Assembly: GCA_965197905.1 (NCBI GenBank)
Contig: CBDAOB010000005.1
Coordinates: 2,336,001 to 2,400,000 of the forward strand
Origin: Candidatus Latescibacterota bacterium
GTDB lineage: Bacteria; Latescibacterota; UBA2968; UBA8231
Reading direction: 5' to 3'
Length of the DNA: 64,000 nt
Below, in pieces: positions 47,441-57,431 of the stretch (its first letter is position 1; each line of letters begins with the position of its first letter). Both the position numbers and the translations under genes were made by a program. The notes under the pieces are model-generated. The model did not search any database. It saw only the letters and a program-made list of their open reading frames with translations, and was not told the origin of the DNA.

Positions 47441-47950
47441 TTGGTAAAACTTCGATTGAGTAGAATGGGCAAGAAAAAGAGGCCCTTTTATCGCATTGTG
47501 GCTATGAATCTCAAGGCGCCACAACAAGGCCACGCGCTGGCACAAGTCGGCATTTACGATCCCATTAGCTCGCAAGTGCGGATCGACGAGGAAAAAGCAT
47601 TGCTGTGGTTGAAGCGGGGCGCGGTTATGACCAACACCGTAAGAGCCCTTTTCGACAGCCAGGGAGTCCTCGCGCGTTGGAAGGGGTTGGAACCGCGCAT
47701 CCGCGAGGACGCCCTTACCCAGGACAAGCCGAAACGACGTCGCAAGTTAGCCGCCGCCGCACAACAGGCAGATAGCAAGGCAACCGACGAGGGCGCTGAA
47801 GCCGCTGCGGTCGCGGAAACCGATGAGGGAGTCGTCGAAGAGGTTGCAGAAGAGACGCCAGAACCTGCGGCCGTTGATACCGAGGACCCGGCGGCGGAAT
47901 CTGCAGAAGAGCCTGCGGAAGCTCCGGCCGCAACCGAAGGCGACGAGTAA
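47441..47950 (+). CDS. rpsP: 30S ribosomal protein S16 with long acidic C-terminal tail
   Basis: VKLRLSRMGKKKRPFYRIV, GIYDP, WLKRGA. Confidence 0.95.
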   Translation: MVKLRLSRMGKKKRPFYRIVAMNLKAPQQGHALAQVGIYDPISSQVRIDEEKALLWLKRGAVMTNTVRALFDSQGVLARWKGLEPRIREDALTQDKPKRRRKLAAAAQQADSKATDEGAEAAAVAETDEGVVEEVAEETPEPAAVDTEDPAAESAEEPAEAPAATEGDE

Positions 47951-47964
47951 CGATCTCCTTTCCC

Positions 47965-48495
47965 ATGGCACCGGATGTGTCAGAGCGCATCGCCGTCGCC
48001 TTCGTTACGAGGGCGAAAGGGGTCCGTGGCGAAGTCTTCGCGGAAACGTTGAGCCATTGTGCGGAGCGGTTTGGGGCGCTGTCCCGGATCGTATTACAGT
48101 CCGATGGAGCGCCCGACCAAGTGATGCAGATCGAGCACTGGCGACCGGAGGGGCGAGGAATCATCCTCAAGTTCCGCGGCGTCGACAGCCCGGAACAGGC
48201 TCGCGAGGTCGCCACGAAACGGTACGTTACCGTAGCCCCGGACGAGGTGGCCGAGCTCCCGGAGGGAATGCATTACATATCCGAAGTGGTCGGTTGCCGG
48301 GTGGAGAACGAGGAGGGCGAATACCTGGGCCGCGTCGCCGACGTATTACAGGCGCCCTCCACCGACGCCTATCGGGTGCAGAACGGCGATCGCGAGTTTT
48401 TGATACCTGCGGTTGAGCATTTCATCGTCGAGATGGCAGTGGAAGAAGGTCGCATCGTCGTGCGCGGCATTGAGGAACTGCTGGAGCTGCAATGA
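47965..48495 (+). CDS. rimM: Ribosome maturation factor RimM
   Basis: GVRGEV, LPEG.HY, LIPAV; position between rpsP and trmD. Confidence 0.93.
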   Translation: MAPDVSERIAVAFVTRAKGVRGEVFAETLSHCAERFGALSRIVLQSDGAPDQVMQIEHWRPEGRGIILKFRGVDSPEQAREVATKRYVTVAPDEVAELPEGMHYISEVVGCRVENEEGEYLGRVADVLQAPSTDAYRVQNGDREFLIPAVEHFIVEMAVEEGRIVVRGIEELLELQ

Positions 48496-49238
48496 AAATC
48501 GACATACTCACGATTTTTCCTGACTTCTTCGAATCGCCGCTGCAATCCAGCATGCTGCACCGGGCCCAACAATCCGACCTGGTGTCGGTGGAGACCCACG
48601 ATCTGCGGCACTTCGCCGGGGACAAACACAAGACGGTCGACGACGCACCGTACGGCGGCGGCGGCGGCATGGTTTTCAAGGCCGAACCCGTCGCGTGCGC
48701 CTGGGACCGCTTGAGCCTGGCCGCCGGGCACGCGATCTATCTAACTGCTGACGGCGACCCGCTGACTCAGGATCTGGCCGTCGAGTTGTCGCTCGAGGAC
48801 CACCTTGTTTTGCTCTGCGGCCACTACAAAGGGATCGACGAGCGCATCAGGACCCATCTCATCGATCGCGAGGTTTCCATAGGAGATTACGTGCTCACCG
48901 GCGGAGAGCCAGCTGCAATGGTCGTGATCGACGCAGTCGTCAGGCTCATCCCCGGCGTGTTGGGGAACTTCAGCTCGGCGCTGGAAGATTCTTTTCACGA
49001 GGTCGTGTTGGATTGTCCGTGGTACACCCGTCCCGAGAGCTTTCGAGGAGAGAGGGTCCCGTCCGTCTTGCTCAGCGGCGACCACGGCGAGGTAGACCGT
49101 TGGCGCCGACGTCAAGCTCTATGGAGAACCTTTGAGCGGCGCCCCGATCTCCTCGACGGAGTTGATCTGGACGCCGACGAAAGAGATTTGATATCAGAGT
49201 GGTCGAAGCAAACGAAAGTAGGAGACAATGGACACTAG
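48492..49238 (+). CDS. trmD: tRNA (guanine37-N1)-methyltransferase
   Basis: [42 protein letters not shown]. Confidence 0.98.
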   Translation: MKIDILTIFPDFFESPLQSSMLHRAQQSDLVSVETHDLRHFAGDKHKTVDDAPYGGGGGMVFKAEPVACAWDRLSLAAGHAIYLTADGDPLTQDLAVELSLEDHLVLLCGHYKGIDERIRTHLIDREVSIGDYVLTGGEPAAMVVIDAVVRLIPGVLGNFSSALEDSFHEVVLDCPWYTRPESFRGERVPSVLLSGDHGEVDRWRRRQALWRTFERRPDLLDGVDLDADERDLISEWSKQTKVGDNGH

Positions 49239-49575
49239 CATCCTGCGGGAATTGACAGCAGACCAGCTCAGATCCGACCTGCCCGAATTTGGGGCCGGCG
49301 ACACCCTTCGCGTTCACGTTCGCGTCGTCGAAGGAGAAAAGGAGAGAGTGCAGGTCTTCGAGGGGATCGTGATTCAGCGCAAGGGGAGCGGAGTACACGA
49401 ATCCGTCACCGTGCGCAAGGTGACCCAAGGCGTGGCGGTAGAGCGGATATTTCCCGTTCACTCACCGCGAATCGCCAACATAGAGAACCTGCGCCGTGGC
49501 AAGGTGCGACGGGCACGCCTTTTTTACATGCGCTCCCGTAAGGGTAAGGCCGCGCGCATCAAGGAAAAACGTTGA
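49228..49575 (+). CDS. rplS: 50S ribosomal protein L19
   Basis: GDT..V...EGEKER.Q.FEG, VER.FP.HSP, GKVRRA.LFY. Confidence 0.98.
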   Translation: MDTSILRELTADQLRSDLPEFGAGDTLRVHVRVVEGEKERVQVFEGIVIQRKGSGVHESVTVRKVTQGVAVERIFPVHSPRIANIENLRRGKVRRARLFYMRSRKGKAARIKEKR

Positions 49576-49577
49576 TC

Positions 49578-49796
49578 ATGGCGGCGGAGAGCGTACGGCA
49601 ACTGCCCTTTTCGCGCAGAAACTGGAGGCTGTTCTTCCTCGGCGTGGGGTCGATAGTCCTCGGGTACCTCGTGTTGAGTATCCCGCCGGCCACGGGGTTC
49701 TTGTCTTTGACGTTGGCTCCGGCGCTCCTTGTTGGTGGTTATTGCATCCTGATCCCACTCTCCATTCTTCTCAGAGATGCGGACTCGTCCGCCTGA
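49578..49796 (+). CDS. Small 2-TM membrane protein (DUF3098-like)
   Basis: PFSRRNW..F..G...IVLGY...LTLAP.LLVGGY. Confidence 0.75.
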   Translation: MAAESVRQLPFSRRNWRLFFLGVGSIVLGYLVLSIPPATGFLSLTLAPALLVGGYCILIPLSILLRDADSSA

Positions 49797-49813
49797 ATTG
49801 AAATCCGGACATC

Positions 49814-50463
49814 ATGAAGATCCTCATTGCGGAGGACGACGGCACCTCCCGCCTCCTTCTTGAGACAACGCTCAAGAAGTGGGGTCACGCGAAGTGGTGT
49901 CGACACGAGACGGCGACGAAGCGTGGGCGGCGATAAGGCAAGAAGACGCTCCCCAGTTGGCGATACTGGACTGGATGATGCCTGAGATAGACGGGCTGGA
50001 GCTTTGCCAGCGGATCCGGAATGATTCGGGTTTGAGGGGCACTTACGTAATCATGTTGACCGCCCGCGACAGCTCAGCCGACCTGGTAGAAGGGCTCGAA
50101 GCCGGTGCCGACGACTATGCCACCAAGCCGGTTGTCCGCAAGGAATTGCAAGCGCGGATCGAGGTTGGCAAACGCATCTTGCGGTTACAGTCGGAACTGG
50201 CGAATCGGGTGAAGGAGCTAGAGGAATCGATAGCTCGCGAAAAACACCTGCAGGGCCTGCTGCCGATCTGTTCATACTGCAAGAAGGTGCGAGACGACGG
50301 CAACTACTGGCAGCAGGTGGAGGCCTACATCGAAACCCGGGCGGACGTTGCGTTTAGCCACAGCATCTGCCCCGATTGCTACGAGAATGTCGTACGACCC
50401 GAGATCGCCGAGTTTGAGGCCCAATACCGTCCCCCGAGCTCAGGAGCCGACCGTTCCGACTGA
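49814..50463 (+). pseudogene. Response regulator with C-terminal Cys4 module, frameshifted near 49889 (real or sequencing error)
   Basis: MKILIAEDD...KKWGH in one frame, EVVST...LDWMMP..DG...LTAR...GADDY.TKP...LLPICSYCKKVRD...SHSICPDC in the next; extra GC in CACGCGAA. Confidence 0.85.
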
Positions 50464-50553
50464 GCCCGGCTGACAGGTTGATACTGCCCAACCTCTCGGT
50501 TTTTTGCTGGTGTCGGCCCGGATCATGCGATTGCCCCCGAAACTCCATCGCCT

Positions 50554-50880
50554 ATGACTATGCAGATCATCCCCACCCCGAATGTAGCCGTCATCGGCGC
50601 CGCGCTTCTCGGCCTAGCATGGTTGCTTTGCGCCTGGGTCACCTCCTCCCTCGCTCATCACAAGGGTGATCCTCGACTGAAGTGGTTTGCCCTCGGTCTC
50701 CTGCTGGGTCCCTTCAGTTGGGTTGCAGCTCATCATAGCGGCAAGCTGTGCGCTCATTGTCGAAAACGTATTCACCGCCAGGCGCTGATCTGCCCGTGGT
50801 GCCAACGACCACAGTCGTACAAGACGCGCGACGGCGGCGCTCGCCCACAGCCGGAATCCCTCATCGTCGACAGTCAGTAA
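50554..50880 (+). CDS. Small membrane protein with C-terminal zinc ribbon
   Basis: Two TM helices (A..KG....WF.LG.LLGP) then CAHC...CPWC. Confidence 0.75.
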   Translation: MTMQIIPTPNVAVIGAALLGLAWLLCAWVTSSLAHHKGDPRLKWFALGLLLGPFSWVAAHHSGKLCAHCRKRIHRQALICPWCQRPQSYKTRDGGARPQPESLIVDSQ

Positions 50881-50904
50881 AGATCGAAACGAGAATCAGC
50901 CGCA

Positions 50905-51306
50905 ATGAGCGCGGAAGGCACACAGCGTTACCTCGCTACGAAAGTATTGATGATGCCGCGAGACACGAATCCTCAGGGAACGATCTTCGGGGGTGTTCTC
51001 CTCAGCTACATCGACCAGGCCGGAGCGGCAGGCGCGCGCTTTGAGATGACGCAGGCCGGGTGGCCTGAGTCATCGATCGTTACAGTCGCCGTCAATGGCG
51101 TTGAGTTTCTCAAGCCCGTTTTTGTTGGCGACCTCGTGAGTTTTTGGACCCAACTGGAGCGCGTCGGGCGCACGTCGATCACCATACGGGTTACCGTGGA
51201 AACGGATCGACGGGGTGAGGCCGTTCGATTGACTGAGGCTCAGGTCAAATACGTCGCCATCGAGGCAGAGGGTGACCAACGCGTCCCCATCCCCATTCGC
51301 GGCTGA
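50905..51306 (+). CDS. Acyl-CoA thioesterase (HotDog fold, YciA-like)
   Basis: MPRDTNPQGTIFGG.LLSYID, FLKPVFVGD, VGRTSI. Confidence 0.93.
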   Translation: MSAEGTQRYLATKVLMMPRDTNPQGTIFGGVLLSYIDQAGAAGARFEMTQAGWPESSIVTVAVNGVEFLKPVFVGDLVSFWTQLERVGRTSITIRVTVETDRRGEAVRLTEAQVKYVAIEAEGDQRVPIPIRG

Positions 51307-51319
51307 GGAATCGCAACTC

Positions 51320-51904
51320 ATGGCAGCCGAGTCGATCTTCGCCACATTCCCCTCACTCGAGACTGAAAATCTGGTGCTTCGCGAACTCAGGCCAGCGGAT
51401 GCGCCCAAGGTGTTGGAGCTTTTTTCGGATCCCGAGGTAGTCCGATATTATGATCTCGATCTGTTTTCTACCATTGAAGAGGCCTGTCGGCTGGTGAATC
51501 GCTTTGTTCAACGGTTCGAAAAACGAATCGGCATCCGTTGGGCGATTACCGAGAGAAGCAGTACCGGGGACCTCGTCGGCACTTGTGGCTACAATCTCTG
51601 GATCCAGCCCAGTCACCGCGGTCTGCTGGGGTACGATTTGGCGCAGACCCATTGGAATCGCGGTATAATGACCGAAGCTTTGACCGCGGTGCTGCAGTTG
51701 GGATTCGGAAAGATGGCTCTAAACCGAATCGAAGCTCTGGTCATGTCCGGCAACGAAGCTTCCTATCGCCTCCTGGATAAATTGGGATTTCAGAAGGAGG
51801 GTACCCTGCGCCAGTACGAGCGCGTAAAAGGGCGCTTTGTGGACATGGAGATGTTTTCGATTCTAGAGGAGGAGTGCCGCGCCGCGCCCCCCGCATCGGA
51901 ATGA
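51320..51904 (+). CDS. GNAT N-acetyltransferase (RimJ/RimL-type)
   Basis: FPSLETENLVLR, LGYDL...HWNRGIMTEA, NEAS..LL.KLGF..EG; start ATG 51320. Confidence 0.92.
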   Translation: MAAESIFATFPSLETENLVLRELRPADAPKVLELFSDPEVVRYYDLDLFSTIEEACRLVNRFVQRFEKRIGIRWAITERSSTGDLVGTCGYNLWIQPSHRGLLGYDLAQTHWNRGIMTEALTAVLQLGFGKMALNRIEALVMSGNEASYRLLDKLGFQKEGTLRQYERVKGRFVDMEMFSILEEECRAAPPASE

Positions 51905-51961
51905 TTCATCACACGGGGCACTGGCCGATTCGACTACCGCGACGTCGGCTGGAAGCGATTG

Positions 51962-53443
51962 TCAGCTTGCGTCTTTTAACAGATCCAACTGCGAAGTAAC
52001 TGCGAAATGATCGAGGGAGACGAACCCAGCGAATGGGTGCTCGCCTCCGATACAATAAGTGCACAGACCCTGGCGGGTCATGCCGGCGCGCTCGAACGCT
52101 TTGAACATCCCCTCGTAAGATAGATACACGACCGGCTGGTTCATCGCTTCCCCGATCTGTTCCACGGTTCGGCCACGGGCGATAAACTCATCGCCTGGTG
52201 GAGGATCCGGCGGCATGTCGACTCCAAACATACATCCCCGGGGGATACCATCCGTGCCCACGATGCCTATGGGGGGCGTGTAGCTCACCAGATAGGCGGT
52301 TTCCACGTTCGCCTCCTCGTACAGCAGATCCCGTGCGCGTCTCGAATTGTTGCCGCGTATGATGCTGTCATCGAGCAGCACAACCGTCTTGCCGCGAAGC
52401 GCATCTTCCATGCCGGGCAGAAGGTGGAGGTTTTCACCAATCGATTGCTTCCTGTCGCTGGCCGTGGTACCCTGGAAGGACCGCTCAGCGCGCATCTTGT
52501 AGAATACGGGGCGAAAGGGAAGCTGGGTCTTTTTGGCATAGGCGCGGGCAGCTACCTCGGGGCAACGAGGTAGATAGGTCACCAGGTCCGCGTCGTCCGG
52601 GTGAAACTCATCGGCCACCGCCTCACCCAGCGCTTCCCGCACCCGCCGCACGCTGACGCCGTTCAGGATCGAATCCACGTCGGCTATGTAGTTCCACTGA
52701 AAGAAGCAGTGGGAGCGGTGCGGCTCCACCAGGGACACCTTGGTGAACTCGCCTTCAGGCGACAGGTAATAGATCGATCCGGGATCGATGTCCTCGATGT
52801 ATTCGCCGCCGTTTTTCCGAAATGCGATGTCCTCGGAGGCGACCCCGTATTTGCCGTCCTTCCACCCCAACACCGCCGGCTTCATACCACTTCGGTCCCG
52901 AAGGACCATTACGTCTCTCTTCCGCTTGTCGGCGATCGCCAGGGTGTACGCCCCTGGAATTTCCTGCACGAAGTTGTACTCCCCATACTGTCTGTATACG
53001 TGAAGCAGTGCCTCGGTATCGCAGGTCGAATGCAGATCTTCCTGGGGAACCTCTTCAAAATAGCTGCGATCCACCTGGCCGTTGTGGACCGAAGCCATAT
53101 CACAATCCCAGATGATAATGTGATTTCCTCGATGCTCCACGTGACCGCCTATTACGTGCGGATGGGCATCTTCGAGGATCTGGTCCTTCCTGCCGCGGGT
53201 CGCATATCGCACGTGACCGAGGTAGGTGTGATATCTGGGACTGGGAAAGATCTTGTGCAAATCGGTAACATCGAACCGATCCACGCCGCCGGACCACTTG
53301 ACTACGTCTATGCGCCCATCTCCGACGGCGGCGAGGCCGGTCGCCTCGCGACCGCGATGTTGGAGAGAACGAATGAATCTGTAGGCGTCGTGGAGGGTAT
53401 GCGCGACGCAGAGTCCGCAATTGTGTCGAATCGTTTCAGTCAA
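51962..53443 (-). CDS. purF: Amidophosphoribosyltransferase (divergent, Fe-S type)
   Basis: Propeptide then CG Ntn nucleophile, QHRG, GHVRYAT, HNG, PRT motif VVLLDDSIIRG, cluster Cys (HCFF, GCMFG, LCTYC). Confidence 0.8.
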   Translation of the reverse strand: MTETIRHNCGLCVAHTLHDAYRFIRSLQHRGREATGLAAVGDGRIDVVKWSGGVDRFDVTDLHKIFPSPRYHTYLGHVRYATRGRKDQILEDAHPHVIGGHVEHRGNHIIIWDCDMASVHNGQVDRSYFEEVPQEDLHSTCDTEALLHVYRQYGEYNFVQEIPGAYTLAIADKRKRDVMVLRDRSGMKPAVLGWKDGKYGVASEDIAFRKNGGEYIEDIDPGSIYYLSPEGEFTKVSLVEPHRSHCFFQWNYIADVDSILNGVSVRRVREALGEAVADEFHPDDADLVTYLPRCPEVAARAYAKKTQLPFRPVFYKMRAERSFQGTTASDRKQSIGENLHLLPGMEDALRGKTVVLLDDSIIRGNNSRRARDLLYEEANVETAYLVSYTPPIGIVGTDGIPRGCMFGVDMPPDPPPGDEFIARGRTVEQIGEAMNQPVVYLSYEGMFKAFERAGMTRQGLCTYCIGGEHPFAGFVSLDHFAVTSQLDLLKDAS

Positions 53444-53468
53444 TGGGCGTCGCTATGGGTTAATCGGT

Positions 53469-53807
53469 CTATATGGCTGCTGCACCGGTCTCACCGGTAC
53501 GGATTCTGACCACATCTTCCACCGCAAGGATGAATATCTTTCCGTCGCCGATCCGGCCGCTTTGGGCGGCATCCCGCACGGCGTTCACCGCCTGTTCGGA
53601 CAACTCGTTTGCCACCACTACGTCGATCTCGATTTTGGGGGTGAAGTCGATGTTGTATTCGGCGCCGCGGTACACTTCCTTGTGCCCCTTCTGCCTGCCG
53701 AAACCCTTTACCTCGCTCACGGTCATCCCCATCACCCCAAGCTGGCTCAACGCTTCCTTGACTTCCTCCAAAGCGCTCGGACGCACGACGCATTTGAGCA
53801 ATTTCAT
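53469..53807 (-). CDS. glnK: PII nitrogen regulatory protein
   Basis: GFGRQKGH.E.YRGAEY, GDGKIF, RIRTGE; adjacent to amtB. Confidence 0.95.
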   Translation of the reverse strand: MKLLKCVVRPSALEEVKEALSQLGVMGMTVSEVKGFGRQKGHKEVYRGAEYNIDFTPKIEIDVVVANELSEQAVNAVRDAAQSGRIGDGKIFILAVEDVVRIRTGETGAAAI

Positions 53808-53832
53808 TGCAGTTCTCCTTGTTGACCTAGAT

Positions 53833-55206
53833 CTATAACTCCATGTTGTAGCCCTGCTCGTCGTGCAGCGCGATGTCGAGCCCCTGAATCTCTTCGTCTT
53901 CGTTCACGCGCAACCCGACCACAGCGTCGACGATCTTGAATATGATCGCCGAGAGGAGGGCACAGTAGATAATCGTCACGATTACGCCCACCAGTTGTAC
54001 TCCGAACTGTTGGCCGATACTGCTGACCCCTTCCGCGAAACCTTGGCCGCCGAGGCTTTCGGCGGCGAATATCCCAGTCAACAAAGCTCCCACAATGCCA
54101 CCGATTCCATGCACCCCGAAGGCGTCCAGGGAATCGTCATATCCCAATTTTCGTTTCAGGATTGTAGCCCCCCAGAAACACAGAATGCCCGCGGCAACTC
54201 CCACCGCAAGAGCACCCATGGGTCCTACGCTTCCGGAGGCCGGTGTGATAGCCACCAACCCGCCCACAGCACCCGTGACGATACCCAGGGCGCTGGGTTT
54301 TCCATGACTCAACCACTCGATCATCATCCAGCTTATCGCCGCGGTGCCGGTAGCGATTTGGGTGACCAGCATCGCCATTCCTGCCGATCCGTCTGCAGCC
54401 ACCGCGCTGCCGGCATTGAAGCCGAACCATCCTACCCAGAGCATGGAAGCGCCGACAACCGTGATCGTCATACTGTGGGGGGGCATGGGACTCCCGGGGA
54501 AACCCCGGCGTTTGCCGAGCATCAAAGCGGCCACCAGGCCGGCGATTCCCGCATTGATGTGCACCACCGTTCCGCCGGCAAAATCGAGGACACCCATGTC
54601 GCCGAAGAACGATCCATCGCCGCTCCAGGCCATATGACAGACCGGGGCGTAAACGAGGCTCGACCACAAAACGGTAAACAACATGACCGCCGAGAACTTC
54701 ATCCGTTCGGCATAAGCGCCCGCGATGAGTGCCGGCGTGATGATCGCAAAGGTGAGCTGGAAAGTTACGAACACCGTTTCCGGTATCGTACCGGCCAGGC
54801 TGTCCACACCAACCCCACTGAGGCCGGCCTTCGACAATCCACCCACGAACGAGCGGAGGTTGGTCACACCGGCTTCCATCCCGGTGGTATCGAATGCGAG
54901 GCTGTAACCCCACAAGATCCAGATGATGGTGACCAGCCCGGTGGTGGCGAAACATTGCATCAAAACGGACAGTACGTTCTTGGACCGAACCAGACCGCCG
55001 TAGAACAGCGCCAATCCTGGAATAGTCATGAAGAGCACCAGGGCCGTGCTCGTCAGCATCCATGCAGTGTCCCCCGAGTCCAATCCATCGGCAGCCGCCA
55101 TCCCTGGAAGTACGAAGATGAAAAAAGCTGCCAAGATCATCGACCCTTTGGTAAATCGACCGACCTTGTGGTGGCGCGTGGCCTCGTTCTGATCTGAAGT
55201 CAACAT
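53833..55206 (-). CDS. amtB: Ammonium transporter
   Basis: GDTAW, PGLALFYGG, FQLTFA, DFAGGTVVH, GWFGFNAGS, DDSLDAFGVHG. Confidence 0.98.
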   Translation of the reverse strand: MLTSDQNEATRHHKVGRFTKGSMILAAFFIFVLPGMAAADGLDSGDTAWMLTSTALVLFMTIPGLALFYGGLVRSKNVLSVLMQCFATTGLVTIIWILWGYSLAFDTTGMEAGVTNLRSFVGGLSKAGLSGVGVDSLAGTIPETVFVTFQLTFAIITPALIAGAYAERMKFSAVMLFTVLWSSLVYAPVCHMAWSGDGSFFGDMGVLDFAGGTVVHINAGIAGLVAALMLGKRRGFPGSPMPPHSMTITVVGASMLWVGWFGFNAGSAVAADGSAGMAMLVTQIATGTAAISWMMIEWLSHGKPSALGIVTGAVGGLVAITPASGSVGPMGALAVGVAAGILCFWGATILKRKLGYDDSLDAFGVHGIGGIVGALLTGIFAAESLGGQGFAEGVSSIGQQFGVQLVGVIVTIIYCALLSAIIFKIVDAVVGLRVNEDEEIQGLDIALHDEQGYNMEL

Positions 55207-55297
55207 GGTATTCCTCCAACGTGCGAATCGATTGTCCGCAGTTCGGGCTAGCTCGCTATAGCGGAAGGCTCAAATACTACGAATTGACCGCAATCGA

Positions 55298-56206
55298 TCA
55301 AGACCTTTCTCGAGTTAGTTTTTTCACCCATTTGTAAGCAGCTTTGGAGTTGTCGCACAGAACCTTTTCCAATGCCGCGTCACCCTTCTGTTTGAAATAG
55401 GTGGAAACGATCTCCACTGCCAGGCCATACTCACCGGCAGGCCAGCAGACCGGCCAGTTGCTTCCGAAGATCAGGCGATCTTCACCGAAACTGTCCCACA
55501 GGGCGTCCAGGACGGGTCGATAATAGTCCACATCAGCCGGTGCCGGTTGATCAAAACATGATTCCATGAGACCGGACACCTTGCAGTAGACCTGGGCGTG
55601 TTCCGCGGATCGCTTCATCGCGTCTACCCATTGGCTGCTGGGCTCGGTTCCATCGATCGCAACCTGAGCCACGTGATTGATGACGATCCGCAGTTGAGGG
55701 AGTTCTTGAGCCACCTCGATGACACCCGTCAAGTGATCGTACCCGACCAGGGTGTCCAGCTCGAGATCCTTCTCGGCGAGGAACTCGAAATCTCGCAGCA
55801 ACGTTTTAGACGCCAGGTTGTCGAAGAAGTCCGCTCTGAGCTCTGAGCTCATCTCCTTCCCCGACTCGAACGCACCCACCCTGATTCCGCGGAAAAGGGG
55901 ATTCTGCGCGAAGCGTTCGATCTGCGCAGAAAACTCCTCCGTTCCCGGGTCGACGTGCCCCACAAGCCCAACGATCGAAGACTCGTTTTCGGCGAGATCG
56001 AGAATCCACTGGTTGTCTTCGATCAGTGGACTTGCTTCGACGACAACGGTTGCAGTCACGCCCGCCGGCTCCGCCAACGCGAGGAAATGCTCAGGCAGTA
56101 CCGGACGATAGAGGTTTGCATGGTGTTCAGGTGGCCAGGGCACTCCTTGCGGCCGGCTGGTGTCGTAGAAATGAGTATGGGTATCAACGATCATGTCTTG
56201 CCTCAT
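55298..56206 (-). CDS. Amidohydrolase_2 family (sugar lactonase-like)
   Basis: IVDTHTHFYD, VINH, CKVSG, FGEDRLIFGSNWPV. Confidence 0.9.
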   Translation of the reverse strand: MRQDMIVDTHTHFYDTSRPQGVPWPPEHHANLYRPVLPEHFLALAEPAGVTATVVVEASPLIEDNQWILDLAENESSIVGLVGHVDPGTEEFSAQIERFAQNPLFRGIRVGAFESGKEMSSELRADFFDNLASKTLLRDFEFLAEKDLELDTLVGYDHLTGVIEVAQELPQLRIVINHVAQVAIDGTEPSSQWVDAMKRSAEHAQVYCKVSGLMESCFDQPAPADVDYYRPVLDALWDSFGEDRLIFGSNWPVCWPAGEYGLAVEIVSTYFKQKGDAALEKVLCDNSKAAYKWVKKLTRERS

Positions 56207-57245
56207 CTGACTTATATTTTTTGGAACATTGAATGACCAGTTCGCTCAACTCTGTCACGTCCTCTATAGTGGTATCGAACCCCGACATCCAACGCACGCG
56301 AGCTTCCTCCTCATCTAGAGTATGGAAAAAGAACCGTTCGAGAAGGTCGGGCAGCCACTCCGGAGGCAGGGTCGCAAATACACCGTTGATCTCCACCGGG
56401 TACACCACTTCCACACCCTTCACGCGGCGAACTCGGTTGCTCAATTCCTCAGCCATGGCGTTTTCGTGAAGCGCGATCCGACGCCACAGATCGTCCGTCA
56501 GCAGCGCTTCGAACTGTGCGGAAATAAACCGCATCTTGGAGGCCAGCTGCAGCCCCTGCTTCCGCACATAGGGAAAGTCCTTACCCAGTCGTGGATTGAG
56601 AAAAACCACCGCTTCCCCAATCAGCAGCCCGTTCTTGGTGCCGCCGAACGACAGAATGTCGACGCCCACATCGGTAGTAATTTCCTTCAAGTCGCAGTCG
56701 AGAAAGGCTGCGGCGTTCGGCAGGCGCGATCCGTCCATGTGCACCACCATACCTGACCGATGGGCACGCTCTGCCACGGCGGCAATCTCATGGGGTCGGT
56801 ACACCGTTCCCACTTCGGTGGGCTGTGTCATCGAAACGAGGCGGGGTTGGGAAACATGCTGGTTGCCCAGTTGGTCAACGTAGAGGTCGACCGCATCGGG
56901 CGATATCTTGCCTGCGATCGCGGGAGCAGGAAGCAGCTTAGCATGTTTGTCCGGAGCGCCGCATTCGTCGATGTAGATGTGCGCGGTCTCGGCACATATC
57001 ACCCCGTCGGTCGAACGGGTCGTCTCCGCAATGCTCAACACATTCGCGGCGGAACCATTGAAAACGAAGTAGACCTGCGCGTCCGAAGAGAAATGCGCCT
57101 TGAATGCCGCTGACGCTCGCTCCGTGAACGGATCGTCTCCGTAAGACGGCACGTGCCCGGTATTGGCCGCAAGAATGGCCTCCATTACCTCGGGATGCAC
57201 CCCCGTCTGGTGGTCGCCGTAGAATCCCCTAGTGTGTTTATTCAA
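56184..57245 (-). CDS. Low-specificity threonine aldolase family (PLP)
   Basis: YGDD, FNGSAAN, HIYIDECGA, TQPTE.G, HMDGSRL, SFGGTKNG. Confidence 0.9.
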   Translation of the reverse strand: MNKHTRGFYGDHQTGVHPEVMEAILAANTGHVPSYGDDPFTERASAAFKAHFSSDAQVYFVFNGSAANVLSIAETTRSTDGVICAETAHIYIDECGAPDKHAKLLPAPAIAGKISPDAVDLYVDQLGNQHVSQPRLVSMTQPTEVGTVYRPHEIAAVAERAHRSGMVVHMDGSRLPNAAAFLDCDLKEITTDVGVDILSFGGTKNGLLIGEAVVFLNPRLGKDFPYVRKQGLQLASKMRFISAQFEALLTDDLWRRIALHENAMAEELSNRVRRVKGVEVVYPVEINGVFATLPPEWLPDLLERFFFHTLDEEEARVRWMSGFDTTIEDVTELSELVIQCSKKYKSDEARHDR

Positions 57246-57431
57246 TGATTCCTTCTCACCCGGATGAAAGAAAGCTATTTATAGGACGACCGCCGGGCAA
57301 ATTGACGCTCGAAACCGACCAGCATATTTTTGCCCGTCGCTCCGGCCGTTCCTCCGCCAGGAGCGTTGCAGACAAGCGTTTGGCCGGTTTAGCCGGCTCA
57401 CACCGTGAGATTCTTTGAAAGGAGCGTTGCA

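Noticed and set aside
53863..55197. 444-aa antisense ORF and 360-aa off-frame ORF
   Set aside because: Shadows of amtB
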